From a virus (taxonomy: Duplodnaviria; Caudoviricetes), in IMG/VR virus record IMGVR_UViG_3300037247_000437, positions 1,297 to 65,296 of that record: a stretch of DNA of 64,000 bases. The stretch is one strand, 5' to 3'. The notes beneath the pieces were generated by a model. That model had not been told where the DNA came from and searched no databases. It saw only the letters and a list, made by a program, of their open reading frames with translations. This document shows, piece by piece, positions 31,003 to 41,631 of this stretch; positions within the stretch are counted from its first letter, which is position 1, and every line of letters starts with the position of its first letter. The translations under genes and the position numbers were made by a program.

Positions 31003-33956
31003 CAACGAATAAAGATTGGATATTTGTATTAGATTCACTTTTCCTGGGAAAGGCAAAGTTAAAAAACGATCCTGAAGGATGGGAGAATCAGCGCGTTTCA
31101 ATTTCTAGGAGTCCTTCGAAGTTCGGTCTATTCAGAAAGTTTAAATCAACACTCAGATTTATTGGCGATGGGTACAATTATGTAAGGAATGTCTATGAGA
31201 TCAAAGGCACTGAGCATGAGGTTAAAATCGAAATCTTCGAATACAATGCTACAAAAGACCAGTACTTCCTATACTTTTCAGGCATAATTGATCTAAGCAC
31301 ATACGTAACCGATGAAGATATCTTTGCCGATGTCGTAATTAGCGATACAACATTTGCCAGGAAAATAAAAAGCCGTGAGAATGTAAAAGTCAATTTAAGC
31401 CGAACTAAATCAATCGGAGGATTAGAACTTCCAGAAAATAATCAAGTAACAGTACAATTGCATCAGCGCGAATTATTGAGCGTTGGAGAATTTACTTTAA
31501 ATGAAGCGGATGCAACGGTTGAAAGTTTTCACGTGATTGATGATGGCGTTGGTTGGGATGGATTTACCTTACCAATTGCCCTTATTGGTGAAGATAATAA
31601 TGTTACAAATCTATCGAGCCAAACAAATCCAATAATCAGTACATCGGGAGCATTATTCTGGGATGCCGCCGGTGAAGATTCAATAGTTACGCTTACCGGA
31701 ACTGTCACAGGGATTTTAAAAGATGCTTTTGTTTCAGTTTCCGGTGGGAATAATGTTGAGTTTCTATTCAGAATTTATACTGATGACACGCGAACCGTTA
31801 TAGGTTTCGATTCTCCTATAAGCGGATCTCAGGTTTTCATTCCTGAAGGATCAACAGGCGTAAACTTTTCATTTTTAATTGATACGAAACTTGGCGGAGT
31901 ACCTCCTGCACCAAATATTGGCCCTGATGCTGTAATTTCATTGATTTGTGTAGGAACTGATAGCACACAATTCAGAGGTTTTGAATGTGAATTTACAGGC
32001 ATACAGTTTACGGTAGCTCAAAACCTTCAATTTAAAGACGGCACCCCTGCGCAAGGATATTTGATGTTTGAGGCATTTCAGCGAGTAATTCAGGTTATCA
32101 CAGATAAAGAATTTTCGTTTAAATCAGATTACTTGGATCGTATAGATAGGGGGGCAGTAGCAAACGGTCCAGGAGCTTTTGAAACGCTTCATTCATCTTT
32201 ACAGATTCGACAAATTCCAAGTACAAATCCGTCGATTTCATTAAATGACTTATTCAACTCCCTGAATGCTCAGAATAATTTAGGGTTTGGAATTGAATTT
32301 GATGAGGTAGGACAGCCATTTGCCCGACTAGAAAAAAAGGCACATTTCTTTTCCGGCGAAGTAATACTTACAATTCATTCAGTAAGTAAGATTGAAAAGG
32401 TAGTAGCAAGAGATTTTATTTACTCAAAGATAAAAGTAGGATATGACAAATCCGCAACGGAGGAAGATAATGGACTTGAAGAGTACAATAATAAATTTGA
32501 ATTTGATACGATAATAAACACTTTCGAAAATGAACTTGATTTAGTTTCTAAAATCCGGTGGGATGGATACGGAATTGAAAAGATGAGGCGGTTATCATTT
32601 GCCACAAATCCAACTGAAGACACCAAAGAGGATAATGATACATTTGGAGTGGTTGTATTGGAAGATGGGGTAGATGGAAATGGAAAGAAAAAATATAGAA
32701 GCGCGAAGGACGAGGCTTACGACATAGTTGAAGGGATATTTTCGCCTGAAACTGCGTATAACCTCGATCATACACCGGGGCGAATGCTGAGAGCTAGTGG
32801 AGGGTTGGCAAGACCAGGACTTGAAAAGTATTTAGATGATGAGATATCCTTTGGATTTGCTGAACAAAACGAAGATTTAAGAAGCCAGAAAACCGGAGAA
32901 TCTTTAATTATAGAAAATGCAAACATCGATGTAAAAACATTAGATACAGGGTTATGGATTCCTGAAATGTACAGTTTCAAATCTGCATTAACCCGGGATC
33001 AATTCATTATTCTAACAAGAAAATCAAATGGTATTGTAAAAGTCAGCACTACAAGCGAAGAAAATACAACGGAGTATAATTATGGATGGCTAGTCGATGT
33101 TGATCAGGAAAGCGACCAGCAAGAAGCTGAGTGGAAATTATTACGAGTTAATAAAGCAAGTCCTGAAGTTAATTTAATTGACCCAGAAGGAAACACGCCG
33201 AATGTACCAATTCCTCCTGTTGATCCTTCGCCAATATTTGGTGTGTTTGACGGATCATTCCCGTTTGTGTTTGTTGGTGAAGATGATCCCGAAACGTTTA
33301 ATCAGATACTTGAAACAGGTGATGATATGCTGCTAGAGACGGGCGATAATCTACTATTAGAAGAAGATGGACTTCCGGACCCCGTAATGCTATTTGATGG
33401 CACCAGATATGGTTTAATGGGATATCACTCAGAGTTTGAGGTTCAAAATTTTGAATACGAATGGGAAGGGACAGACGAAACGGGAGTTGGTAGGAAATTT
33501 GGGATCAATATCTGTGAACAATTGAATCCTAGCGGACATCAATTGTATGATGATGCGACTTACAAGTATCATCATAGTGTAACAACTTTTCAGAATATAA
33601 TAAGTAGCGAAGCTCCTTATGCATTAGATGTCAATCATTATATAAAGATACGTAAATTTGGAACAACATTTGAATTTACAGTTGACACAGTAACGGATAA
33701 TTTAACATTAAGTGAAACTATCACATTTGATAATACGATTGCTGAAACATTGCTTGGGGCAAGATGGTTAGGGGGCGCACCATCAAATTTATTCACAGGC
33801 AAAATGAAATATTGTAAATTCAAAGAGCTTAATGTTAGCGGAGATTTCGTAAGCGATCTTATTGATATTCAAGCGGCAAATGATACCGGCTTAGGAGTCC
33901 CAAATACGGCAGCAAACGCGCCGACTAATTCAGACTTAGAGTGGTTCAATACTTAA
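30999..33956 (+). CDS. Large tail tip/baseplate protein with appended C-terminal LamG-like domain
   Basis: Follows the tape measure gene; Pro-rich linker, then a domain ending LLGARW...FTGKM; TTG start. Confidence 0.65.
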   Translation: MTTNKDWIFVLDSLFLGKAKLKNDPEGWENQRVSISRSPSKFGLFRKFKSTLRFIGDGYNYVRNVYEIKGTEHEVKIEIFEYNATKDQYFLYFSGIIDLSTYVTDEDIFADVVISDTTFARKIKSRENVKVNLSRTKSIGGLELPENNQVTVQLHQRELLSVGEFTLNEADATVESFHVIDDGVGWDGFTLPIALIGEDNNVTNLSSQTNPIISTSGALFWDAAGEDSIVTLTGTVTGILKDAFVSVSGGNNVEFLFRIYTDDTRTVIGFDSPISGSQVFIPEGSTGVNFSFLIDTKLGGVPPAPNIGPDAVISLICVGTDSTQFRGFECEFTGIQFTVAQNLQFKDGTPAQGYLMFEAFQRVIQVITDKEFSFKSDYLDRIDRGAVANGPGAFETLHSSLQIRQIPSTNPSISLNDLFNSLNAQNNLGFGIEFDEVGQPFARLEKKAHFFSGEVILTIHSVSKIEKVVARDFIYSKIKVGYDKSATEEDNGLEEYNNKFEFDTIINTFENELDLVSKIRWDGYGIEKMRRLSFATNPTEDTKEDNDTFGVVVLEDGVDGNGKKKYRSAKDEAYDIVEGIFSPETAYNLDHTPGRMLRASGGLARPGLEKYLDDEISFGFAEQNEDLRSQKTGESLIIENANIDVKTLDTGLWIPEMYSFKSALTRDQFIILTRKSNGIVKVSTTSEENTTEYNYGWLVDVDQESDQQEAEWKLLRVNKASPEVNLIDPEGNTPNVPIPPVDPSPIFGVFDGSFPFVFVGEDDPETFNQILETGDDMLLETGDNLLLEEDGLPDPVMLFDGTRYGLMGYHSEFEVQNFEYEWEGTDETGVGRKFGINICEQLNPSGHQLYDDATYKYHHSVTTFQNIISSEAPYALDVNHYIKIRKFGTTFEFTVDTVTDNLTLSETITFDNTIAETLLGARWLGGAPSNLFTGKMKYCKFKELNVSGDFVSDLIDIQAANDTGLGVPNTAANAPTNSDLEWFNT

Positions 33957-33966
33957 TTAAAAAGAC

Positions 33967-34455
33967 ATGGCAGATAAAAAATATAGTGAATTGACGATAA
34001 AGAGTACTATTGTACCTGGTGATCTTATTCCAATATTGGATAGTGAAACTGCTGTTGGGTCAGAGAAAAATAAGATGGTGACACCTAGTACGTTAAAGGA
34101 TTTTATAGCAACGCAAGGAACGTGGACGCCAACTGTAACCGGCGTGAGCGTAACAAATTCAATAGGATATTCTCAAATAAATGGCAACATGGTTACGCTT
34201 ATGTTTTCTTTTACTATGCCAACAACAGCTAGCGGAGCAGCGTTTATTATAAGCAACGCCCCTGTTCCTTCTGCCGCCTTCGGAGTAGGCAAGCCCCTTA
34301 TTTATTATGGTATTATAACTAGATTTGTGGGGACAAACACAGATCAGAGGTTGGAGTTTGCTGAAAATTCATCATCACTAAAAGCCCCAGGAAGGGATCT
34401 ATCATATTTTAGCAATACCGTCGTTGCGGGATCTATAACATACATCAAAGAATAA
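33967..34455 (+). CDS. Short tail fibre/receptor-binding protein
   Basis: MADKKYSEL...GDLIPILD N-terminus, GTWTPT and GNMVTL fibre-tip motifs. Confidence 0.65.
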   Translation: MADKKYSELTIKSTIVPGDLIPILDSETAVGSEKNKMVTPSTLKDFIATQGTWTPTVTGVSVTNSIGYSQINGNMVTLMFSFTMPTTASGAAFIISNAPVPSAAFGVGKPLIYYGIITRFVGTNTDQRLEFAENSSSLKAPGRDLSYFSNTVVAGSITYIKE

Positions 34456-36503
34456 TGGCAAATTTCGCACAAGTAAATATACAATTCACAGAGGCAACAG
34501 ATTTGAATAATTCATTTGGTATCAAATTTGTAAATAGTTCGCGATCTATTGATGTAACATTCACATGGATTTGTAAAAGCGTAAGGTCATCAGCATTCCA
34601 ATACAAGCAAGCTACTGAGGCAGATCTAGGTGACCGAATAATTGAGCAGGCTGATGAATTAAATAGCGCAATGTTTGCCGACATTTCGAGCAGTTTTATT
34701 TCTGGCTTTATAGACATAGGCGGCATTAATGATGATACCGTTACGGTAGTGGCTGGTGAAAATGGATGGGTAATCACAACTACTTTTACGATCGGGAATG
34801 CTATATTCACGGAAATACCGGAGGTTTTACCGGTAAAGAATTTTCAATTACTTGCATTTTCCTTAGCTCAGGCTGTTTTGCCTTGCGCAAACATAGAGGT
34901 TTCAATTACTGAAAATGATGGGGTCTCACCGTATACATGGATAAGTCCTGCCAACCCATCAACGACACTTTCGGCAGACATCGCAAGAACTGCGGCTAAT
35001 CAAATAATTACGGTCATTTTACAGGACGATGAAGGCGATCAGGCAAGTTTAGCAAACGTCACAATACCGCGATTATTCACATCTGTTGAGATTTCAGATA
35101 TTAGCGTGGTTGCAAATGCCGGGGGATTGGACGCGACGGTAACTGTATTTATGGGCACTCAGGATTTCGGGACTTATCAATTCTCAATCGATGGATCAAA
35201 TTTTCAACTTTCAAATGTATTCACAAATGTAGTTGATGGATCATATACGCTTTTTGTTAATGATGGATTTGGATGTATAACTAATACCGGGTTCACGGTT
35301 GATGTTTCACAAAGTATCGAGCGTGACGCGGCGGTTGGATTGGTCCCTACTGCAAATTCTATGAGAATGGTTCAGCGTATCACTTCACGATTCAACAATT
35401 TAAAAAATACACTTTATCAGGATGAAAGATATCCAACTGAAACAAAGCATGATTATTTTCAACTTTACCAGACGAATGATGGTGTAATTATTACTCAATT
35501 TAGAAGTAACTATGATGGACTTTCGGTGAAAATAGTTGATTGTGATGGCGTGACTATTCAAACCCCTTCAATAGCTCAGAAATCGAACAACATAAGCGCT
35601 AGAGATTCAAGAGATGTAAATGTATTTAATTTTGGAAATAATCAAACAGGAATTTTCTTTACAGAAGGCAATACTTATGATCCCGGGACCAATGATATAA
35701 TAGGCACATTCAATTTGCTTGGTGCTTTGCCGGATTGGGGAGTTGTCGGGAATACAGTTGTTTTAACTGGTGGCGTTGTTGGGAGTTTCGTTATTAAACA
35801 GGTGATATTCGATTCAAGAGTTCAGGCGCAAACATTGGTAATCGATAACATTTGGACAAGTGGGAATTTCTCTGAGGTAGCAATTTCGGATGTAACTTAT
35901 AATAGATTACCTTATGAGGTATTTGAATTTAATGTTGATTTGGCAACGATTGCAGGCGGTGTTTATTCTAATGAATTAACAATGATCGATTCACTAGAAG
36001 AGCGACCAACTTTGATATTTGATTCAGAAAGATATTTGATTGCAGCGGAACATAGAAAGACAGCATTCATAGATTACTTTATTAGCAAAGGCACCGGGAT
36101 TGATTATGACACAGGATATCAAGGTCATATTAGATTACTCGCAAACGATCCAGAGGCAAGCCCACTGCCGGGGGGTGAAATAGTGGCACTGGCAGACAGC
36201 GGCGGAAACATTCAGAAGCTTAAAGACAGCCCTACCATGTCTGGGGAAATGTGGATTGAAGCACAGCCGCGCTATATGATCGAAAAGCTTAGATTGATAT
36301 TTGCACACAAGAGATATTTTATAAATGGCCTAGAGTGGCAAAATGAGGAAGCGTTTGAGCGTGTGGCAGTTGAAAAGTCAAGCCTAGATAATGCGACAAT
36401 CATAGTGCAGAGGGTAGGTTACGAAGCATTCAAGACAGATAATATAAGCATAGATGGCCCTGTAGGCGAAATATTACACGAAGAGGGGCCAATTTTATTC
36501 TAA
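34455..36503 (+). CDS. Tail structural protein with SprB-like repeat
   Basis: YQFSIDGSNFQLSNVFTNVVDGSYTLFVNDGFGC. Confidence 0.6.
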   Translation: MANFAQVNIQFTEATDLNNSFGIKFVNSSRSIDVTFTWICKSVRSSAFQYKQATEADLGDRIIEQADELNSAMFADISSSFISGFIDIGGINDDTVTVVAGENGWVITTTFTIGNAIFTEIPEVLPVKNFQLLAFSLAQAVLPCANIEVSITENDGVSPYTWISPANPSTTLSADIARTAANQIITVILQDDEGDQASLANVTIPRLFTSVEISDISVVANAGGLDATVTVFMGTQDFGTYQFSIDGSNFQLSNVFTNVVDGSYTLFVNDGFGCITNTGFTVDVSQSIERDAAVGLVPTANSMRMVQRITSRFNNLKNTLYQDERYPTETKHDYFQLYQTNDGVIITQFRSNYDGLSVKIVDCDGVTIQTPSIAQKSNNISARDSRDVNVFNFGNNQTGIFFTEGNTYDPGTNDIIGTFNLLGALPDWGVVGNTVVLTGGVVGSFVIKQVIFDSRVQAQTLVIDNIWTSGNFSEVAISDVTYNRLPYEVFEFNVDLATIAGGVYSNELTMIDSLEERPTLIFDSERYLIAAEHRKTAFIDYFISKGTGIDYDTGYQGHIRLLANDPEASPLPGGEIVALADSGGNIQKLKDSPTMSGEMWIEAQPRYMIEKLRLIFAHKRYFINGLEWQNEEAFERVAVEKSSLDNATIIVQRVGYEAFKTDNISIDGPVGEILHEEGPILF

Positions 36504-36514
36504 ATAATAATAGT

Positions 36515-37264
36515 ATGTCAGATGACGGGAAAAGGATATCGCAATTAAATCAAGCAACAATAGGCGCGAAGGATGGCAAATTAGCCGTCCTGAATGCGAC
36601 AAGTAATAAAACGGAAAAGGTAAGCCAGCAAACCATGTTAGGGGCTATAAAAGCTTCGTTTGCATGGCAAGCCGACATGCCTTATTCAATAGATGATCTA
36701 GTAGAAAGCAATTCACTTGTTTGGAAATCAAAAGTAAATAGTAATCTTGGGAATGTGCCGAGCGAGAATTCGTTCTGGACTAACGAACCAATTAGCGCGG
36801 CAGATGGAATTACAGACACCCAATGGGCGGCGGGTGTATTTACTTTCAATGACTCGAAAGTAGTATTTCAGAATGCTCAATATTTCTTACAGATCTCAGC
36901 GCCCTATATTAGTTCTGATATTGCCGCAGAGATAGCGGTGGGAGATTGGAAGGCAGGAGTCACGGGAGCAACAGGAATAACAGACGTGACAACAGCTACA
37001 TATACAGTAATTACAACAGATCAAATATTAAATGTGCTCCGAACCAGTACAGGAGTGGCGACAATAACAATCCCAACAACAATGATAAATGCAGGATTCA
37101 ACAAATTAGTGATTAAGGATGCCGGAGGGAATGCCGGAATAAATAATATTACAGTTGTCGGCGAAGGAGGAGAGTTAATAGATGGACAGCCAAATTTAAT
37201 AATAATAGGCAATTATAGTTCAGTAAATTTATATGCAACAAATAGTTTAATTTCAATTTATTAA
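36515..37264 (+). CDS. Tail fibre/adaptor protein
   Basis: KRISQL N-terminus, carbohydrate-binding-like W...Y...V...W repeats, IKDAGGNAGINNITV...IDG C-terminus. Confidence 0.6.
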   Translation: MSDDGKRISQLNQATIGAKDGKLAVLNATSNKTEKVSQQTMLGAIKASFAWQADMPYSIDDLVESNSLVWKSKVNSNLGNVPSENSFWTNEPISAADGITDTQWAAGVFTFNDSKVVFQNAQYFLQISAPYISSDIAAEIAVGDWKAGVTGATGITDVTTATYTVITTDQILNVLRTSTGVATITIPTTMINAGFNKLVIKDAGGNAGINNITVVGEGGELIDGQPNLIIIGNYSSVNLYATNSLISIY

Positions 37265-37266
37265 TT

Positions 37267-37989
37267 ATGGCATTTTTCCCAGAAATAAAAATACAGAAAA
37301 CAACATCTCCAATCGTTATAGCTAGATTAGGAGAGGAAAAAGCGACTACAACAATAGCAATAGCTGTGACCGCCGGAGATACAATTATAAATGTAACTGA
37401 CTCCGCAGGAATGAGTGTGGGAGATAGTTTTTTTATTATCGATGACGCAAATAATATTATTGAACAATTTACAATATTAGTAATAAATACTAACGCTATA
37501 ACTGTAGATACGCCTTCAGGAAATGATTTCTTAGTAGGGGAATTTGTCGGGTCTTCTAATACAAATTTTAATGTGGACGGATCAATTACGCCCGTTAAAT
37601 TCAATTTAAAAACAGGATTGGTTGGCGTAGATATCATGCTAAAAATTAGCCGTATAGTTATTGTAATCGAAACTGCAACTACAGGAGGTATTTCAGATTT
37701 TGGTAATATTTCAGCATTGACGAATGGAATTTTTCTAAGAAGAAATGACGGCCTATCAACAACATATTTTAATGCAAAAACAAACTTGGAGATGACTGCT
37801 CTCGGTTATGATTTAGAAGGATTCCCATCTGGCGTATCCGGTAATGAAGGGATTAGATTTAGGTTGACATTTCCAAGGATGGGGGCATTTATAGAACTAA
37901 ATCAAAATGAAGATTTAGAATTATGGGTACAGGACGATTTAACGGGATTGGTTAGCGCATTTTGTACAGTTGAGGGTGTAATTGAATAA
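37267..37989 (+). CDS. Virion structural protein
   Basis: Tail module position; FNVDGSITPVKF and LELWVQDDLTGL motifs. Confidence 0.55.
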   Translation: MAFFPEIKIQKTTSPIVIARLGEEKATTTIAIAVTAGDTIINVTDSAGMSVGDSFFIIDDANNIIEQFTILVINTNAITVDTPSGNDFLVGEFVGSSNTNFNVDGSITPVKFNLKTGLVGVDIMLKISRIVIVIETATTGGISDFGNISALTNGIFLRRNDGLSTTYFNAKTNLEMTALGYDLEGFPSGVSGNEGIRFRLTFPRMGAFIELNQNEDLELWVQDDLTGLVSAFCTVEGVIE

Positions 37990-38017
37990 TTGATTAATTT
38001 TTGTAAATTTGTAAGCG

Positions 38018-39580
38018 ATGAGTACAAAGAATAATACAATCGGCGCAAAGGTTAAATTTCAGAATTTGCCAAATGTTGACGCGAATAAAAAATTAACGGC
38101 TCCTGAATTTAATCAATTAGTCGATTTCCAAAATTCACCTGTTCAGCAAATAGCCGGAAGCCTTGACGATACCGATATAATCATTGACGGAACCAAAAAC
38201 TACGGAACTACTATTGTAGTAACCGGAGCAACGCGAACAATTACAGCGAATGCAAACGGCCATCTTCAGGGAAACAATATAAAACAGCGCTATCAATTTA
38301 ATATCAACTGCACACTTACGCTTGTAGGCTTTGACGCGACCGGAAACAATACCGGAACTATTACACCAATTCCAGCCGGGACTTACGACTTCAAATATAT
38401 TGCAAATCGAAATGGTAGGAATTTAGAAATAGATCAAAATATTTCAAATGAAGTCACTAACAAGCTCGACAAAGTAACCATAGCAAATCAATCAGTAGCT
38501 AGTAAGGTTGATTTTGATCAAGGGGTAAATATTGCAGAGAATGTTGGCATTGGAACTGATAATGCTGATGGAATTGTGGGAGCAAAAATTTTGGATTTAT
38601 TTAATGGTTCTCTTGGAACTTCTCAATTAGTTAATGAAGGAAATGCTGGGGAGGCTTTTGTTAGTTTAGTTTCTGGACAAAGTTCTTCAAATTTGCCTTC
38701 AATTATGTTTAAACCTGGACTTAGATTTGCAACTGCAACATTAAAAGATGCAACAGGATTTTCTGAAGTAATGAGAATTGATGGTTCTGGTAATGTTTTT
38801 ATTAATAAAACAACAGGAACTCAAAAACTAGAAGTAAACGGCAACGTATTAGCCGACGCAATAGCCGCTGGTGTAGCTAATATAATTAACACCGCAGATT
38901 TTGGTGGAGGCGTGGCTATTGGTTCTGGGGTTGGGGGAATAAGTACTGCTCCTTTGGATGGATTGTTAGTTGAGGGTATATTTGGATTAGGACTAAATAA
39001 TCCTACAACACAATTTGAAATACAGCAACTTGCAGATAGTTCAGCTATACTAATTCATGGGTTTGATGACAAGAGTACGGATACAATAGCTATTGGGGTA
39101 AATTCAAATGGGGTTCCAATAATTACAGGAACAAAGGACATATTTTTCAACCCTGGGGTGTCCTTAGTTGATAATTCAACTTTCAGATTTGGGGGTAGCA
39201 ATCCTAACGTTAAAATGAGATATGATTCAACGTCAGATAATTTCGAAATGGATCATACAGACGATATAGGAACAGTATTTATGATTATGGAAGTTCCGAT
39301 GAACTCGGATACTTTATCAATTTATAAAAAATTAGGAGTAAATACTGATACGCCTTTAGCTCAGGTAGATGTGAATCAATCAGGAGCATCAGCAGCAATT
39401 CCCGCCTTAAAACTAACTCAAGCAGATTTAAGCGAGGAAATGATTAAGTTCGATGCTACGATAGGAGTTGGAAATCCGATTGAAGCAATAGGAGCAAAAT
39501 CATTCACACAAACTCATTTTCTTAAAATAAACGTTGAAGTGCTTGGTGTAAAATATATGCCAATAGGAGATTTAGCATAA
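38018..39580 (+). CDS. Long tail fibre protein
   Basis: NVGIGT, MRIDGSGNV.I, KLEVNG, LGVNTDTP repeats. Confidence 0.8.
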   Translation: MSTKNNTIGAKVKFQNLPNVDANKKLTAPEFNQLVDFQNSPVQQIAGSLDDTDIIIDGTKNYGTTIVVTGATRTITANANGHLQGNNIKQRYQFNINCTLTLVGFDATGNNTGTITPIPAGTYDFKYIANRNGRNLEIDQNISNEVTNKLDKVTIANQSVASKVDFDQGVNIAENVGIGTDNADGIVGAKILDLFNGSLGTSQLVNEGNAGEAFVSLVSGQSSSNLPSIMFKPGLRFATATLKDATGFSEVMRIDGSGNVFINKTTGTQKLEVNGNVLADAIAAGVANIINTADFGGGVAIGSGVGGISTAPLDGLLVEGIFGLGLNNPTTQFEIQQLADSSAILIHGFDDKSTDTIAIGVNSNGVPIITGTKDIFFNPGVSLVDNSTFRFGGSNPNVKMRYDSTSDNFEMDHTDDIGTVFMIMEVPMNSDTLSIYKKLGVNTDTPLAQVDVNQSGASAAIPALKLTQADLSEEMIKFDATIGVGNPIEAIGAKSFTQTHFLKINVEVLGVKYMPIGDLA

Positions 39581-39619
39581 AAACATTAGTAGATTTTAGC
39601 GCAATTTAAAATAAACAAA

Positions 39620-40012
39620 ATGGCATCATTTACAAGAACAATACCAGACGAAAAATATGAAGGCCCTGAAGGGCTCAAAGCCCTAATTGTTGAAGTACTT
39701 AGGTATCCTGCTTTGGTTCAGGCTGAGGTTCAGGCCCAAGTTCAGGCTACTGATGAATTGTACAAACCCCTCATAAACGAGGATGGGAGCCCAAAGATGA
39801 TTCCAGTTATAAATGAGGACGGCACCCCTCACACGATCCCAGCTACAAACGAGGATGGCAGTCCAAAGATGATTACTAATCCAATATCTGAGAATCAGTT
39901 TGTGAAAATATGTATCATCGAAAATGATAAAAAGTTTTTCAGGAATTTAAGAAATATTCAAAGGAATAAGCAAGTAGCTATTGCCGGGGCTAATGATTTT
40001 GAAGTAACTTAA
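39620..40012 (+). CDS. Hypothetical protein with three NEDG(S/T)P repeats
   Basis: INEDGSPKMIPVINEDGTPHTIPATNEDGSPKMI. Confidence 0.6.
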   Translation: MASFTRTIPDEKYEGPEGLKALIVEVLRYPALVQAEVQAQVQATDELYKPLINEDGSPKMIPVINEDGTPHTIPATNEDGSPKMITNPISENQFVKICIIENDKKFFRNLRNIQRNKQVAIAGANDFEVT

Positions 40013-40048
40013 AAAATCCCAATAAGGGACAAACTATAAATAAATAAA

Positions 40049-40201
40049 ATGGGACACAAAAAACAAGTAATCGAAAATCAGGAGAAAATTATTCAAGATC
40101 TTGAAGATATCAAAGCAGCATTGAAAATAGAAGATAAACTGGAAATGAAAAGCCAGCCGCCGCCACCGGATCAAAATCCACCGCCTAACGACGGTGATTA
40201 G
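40049..40201 (+). CDS. Small protein with Pro-rich C-terminus (not in the ORF track)
   Basis: MGHKKQVIENQEKIIQDLEDIKAALKIEDKLEMKSQPPPPDQNPPPNDGD*. Confidence 0.6.
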   Translation: MGHKKQVIENQEKIIQDLEDIKAALKIEDKLEMKSQPPPPDQNPPPNDGD

Positions 40202-40568
40202 AAAACTTACTTACATATTATTTTCTGTAACTATATCCCTTGCTATTTACGATAGTGGATGGCGTATTTATCAGAAATATATTAGTACTGAATATTCGGT
40301 AAACTGGTCGGTATTTTTCTTCGCCTCAATCTGGGGATTTATAGCGGCATTTGCATTAGTTTTAGCGCGAAATACAATAGGTAAATTTGATAAAGGCGCA
40401 ATTTATATTATGGCCGCGCCTTTTATTTTTAGGGTTTTATTAAATTTATGTTCAATTAATCAATCATGGGAATTCTACCGAATGTTAAATGATAATTGGG
40501 GAATTGATTTCATGCAATGGATTGCAGTTTCGATAACTTTATTTTTATGGCAAAAAAACATACATTAA
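40194..40568 (+). CDS. Multi-pass membrane protein (lysis region)
   Basis: About four hydrophobic helices. Confidence 0.6.
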   Translation: MIRKLTYILFSVTISLAIYDSGWRIYQKYISTEYSVNWSVFFFASIWGFIAAFALVLARNTIGKFDKGAIYIMAAPFIFRVLLNLCSINQSWEFYRMLNDNWGIDFMQWIAVSITLFLWQKNIH

Positions 40569-41041
40569 CCGCACTTTTAACCGCAGCTTATGTAATCATC
40601 ATGATTACCATTATGCTTGCGAATGTCAATATTGCAGAAGATGGGAGTTTTGAAAAATTCTATGATGATAATGGCGGATTAATCTGGGCATGTACTGCAA
40701 TATTTGGAGTTGTGTTATTTGTAAACACGTATCTTGATGTGGTTGCAGCAAAAGAAAAAAAACAGTCTATTGATAAAACAATTGAATTGCAAAAAACTAT
40801 TGTCGGCCAAAACAATAAGTCGCTCGAAATACAGACGGATCACATTAAGGAATTTGCAGAAATAAGTAAGCAATTAAACCGGAACTATGCAAATGACAAT
40901 AAAGCAGTATCAGAAATAAATAAACTAGATAAGAAGTTTACATCATTTGTGAATGAATTAAAAAACAAAGATGATTTTATTGATAAAAGGTTTGAATCAA
41001 TTGAGGCCAAATTAGAAAAACATATTGAAAAACATAATTAA
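40547..41041 (+). CDS. Two-TM plus coiled-coil membrane protein (holin/spanin-like)
   Basis: Two TM helices, then a long coiled coil; upstream of the endolysin. Confidence 0.5.
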   Translation: MAKKHTLTALLTAAYVIIMITIMLANVNIAEDGSFEKFYDDNGGLIWACTAIFGVVLFVNTYLDVVAAKEKKQSIDKTIELQKTIVGQNNKSLEIQTDHIKEFAEISKQLNRNYANDNKAVSEINKLDKKFTSFVNELKNKDDFIDKRFESIEAKLEKHIEKHN

Positions 41042-41047
41042 AAAACA

Positions 41048-41212
41048 GTGGAAAATTTAGAATTAACATTATGGATTATTGGTTTAATTATTGGTATATC
41101 TGAAGTTGTATTAAGGGCCATTCCAGATGAGAAAATAAAAGGAATAATCGGATACGCTATCGAGGGATTAAAGTTCATTTCTGATTATTTCAACAGGAAA
41201 ACTCCTTATTAA
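41048..41212 (+). CDS. Small holin-like membrane protein (not in the ORF track)
   Basis: GTG start; ENLELTLWIIGLIIGISEVVLRAIPDEKIKGIIG...; stop overlaps the endolysin start. Confidence 0.55.
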   Translation: MENLELTLWIIGLIIGISEVVLRAIPDEKIKGIIGYAIEGLKFISDYFNRKTPY

Positions 41213-41631
41213 TGAGACAAATTTTAATTACCAGGATAAGACAAGACGACGACATTCAAACGTTAGGTCATTTGACAGTCTATGATGGGCTTAAAAAGAT
41301 TTTCGAGTGCAGTACATTAGAATTGCCATGGAAGGGTAACAAGACAGATGTAAGCTGCATTCCAGACGCTCATTACTGGGTTGATAAATATCTTTCACCA
41401 ACCAAAGGCCGGGGAATAGTATTTCAATTCAGCAATGTAAAAGGCAGATCAAACGTTCAGATTCATGTAGGTAATTTTAATCGAGACGTCTTAGGATGTG
41501 TACTTGTTGGCCAGGGATTCACCGACCTTGACAAAGACGGATACTTGGATGTATACTCAAGCGGTCGCACCATGGACAAACTTCTAGAGATAATGCCGGA
41601 TAAATTCAAACTTACAATAAACTGGTTATGA
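41212..41631 (+). CDS. DUF5675-family putative endolysin
   Basis: TLELPWKGN....SCIP, GRSNVQIHVGN....LGCVLVG. Confidence 0.8.
   Translation: MRQILITRIRQDDDIQTLGHLTVYDGLKKIFECSTLELPWKGNKTDVSCIPDAHYWVDKYLSPTKGRGIVFQFSNVKGRSNVQIHVGNFNRDVLGCVLVGQGFTDLDKDGYLDVYSSGRTMDKLLEIMPDKFKLTINWL

Noticed and set aside
33967-39580. Diversity-generating retroelement acting on tail fibres
   Set aside because: No reverse transcriptase and no template/variable repeat pair differing at adenines was seen in this window.
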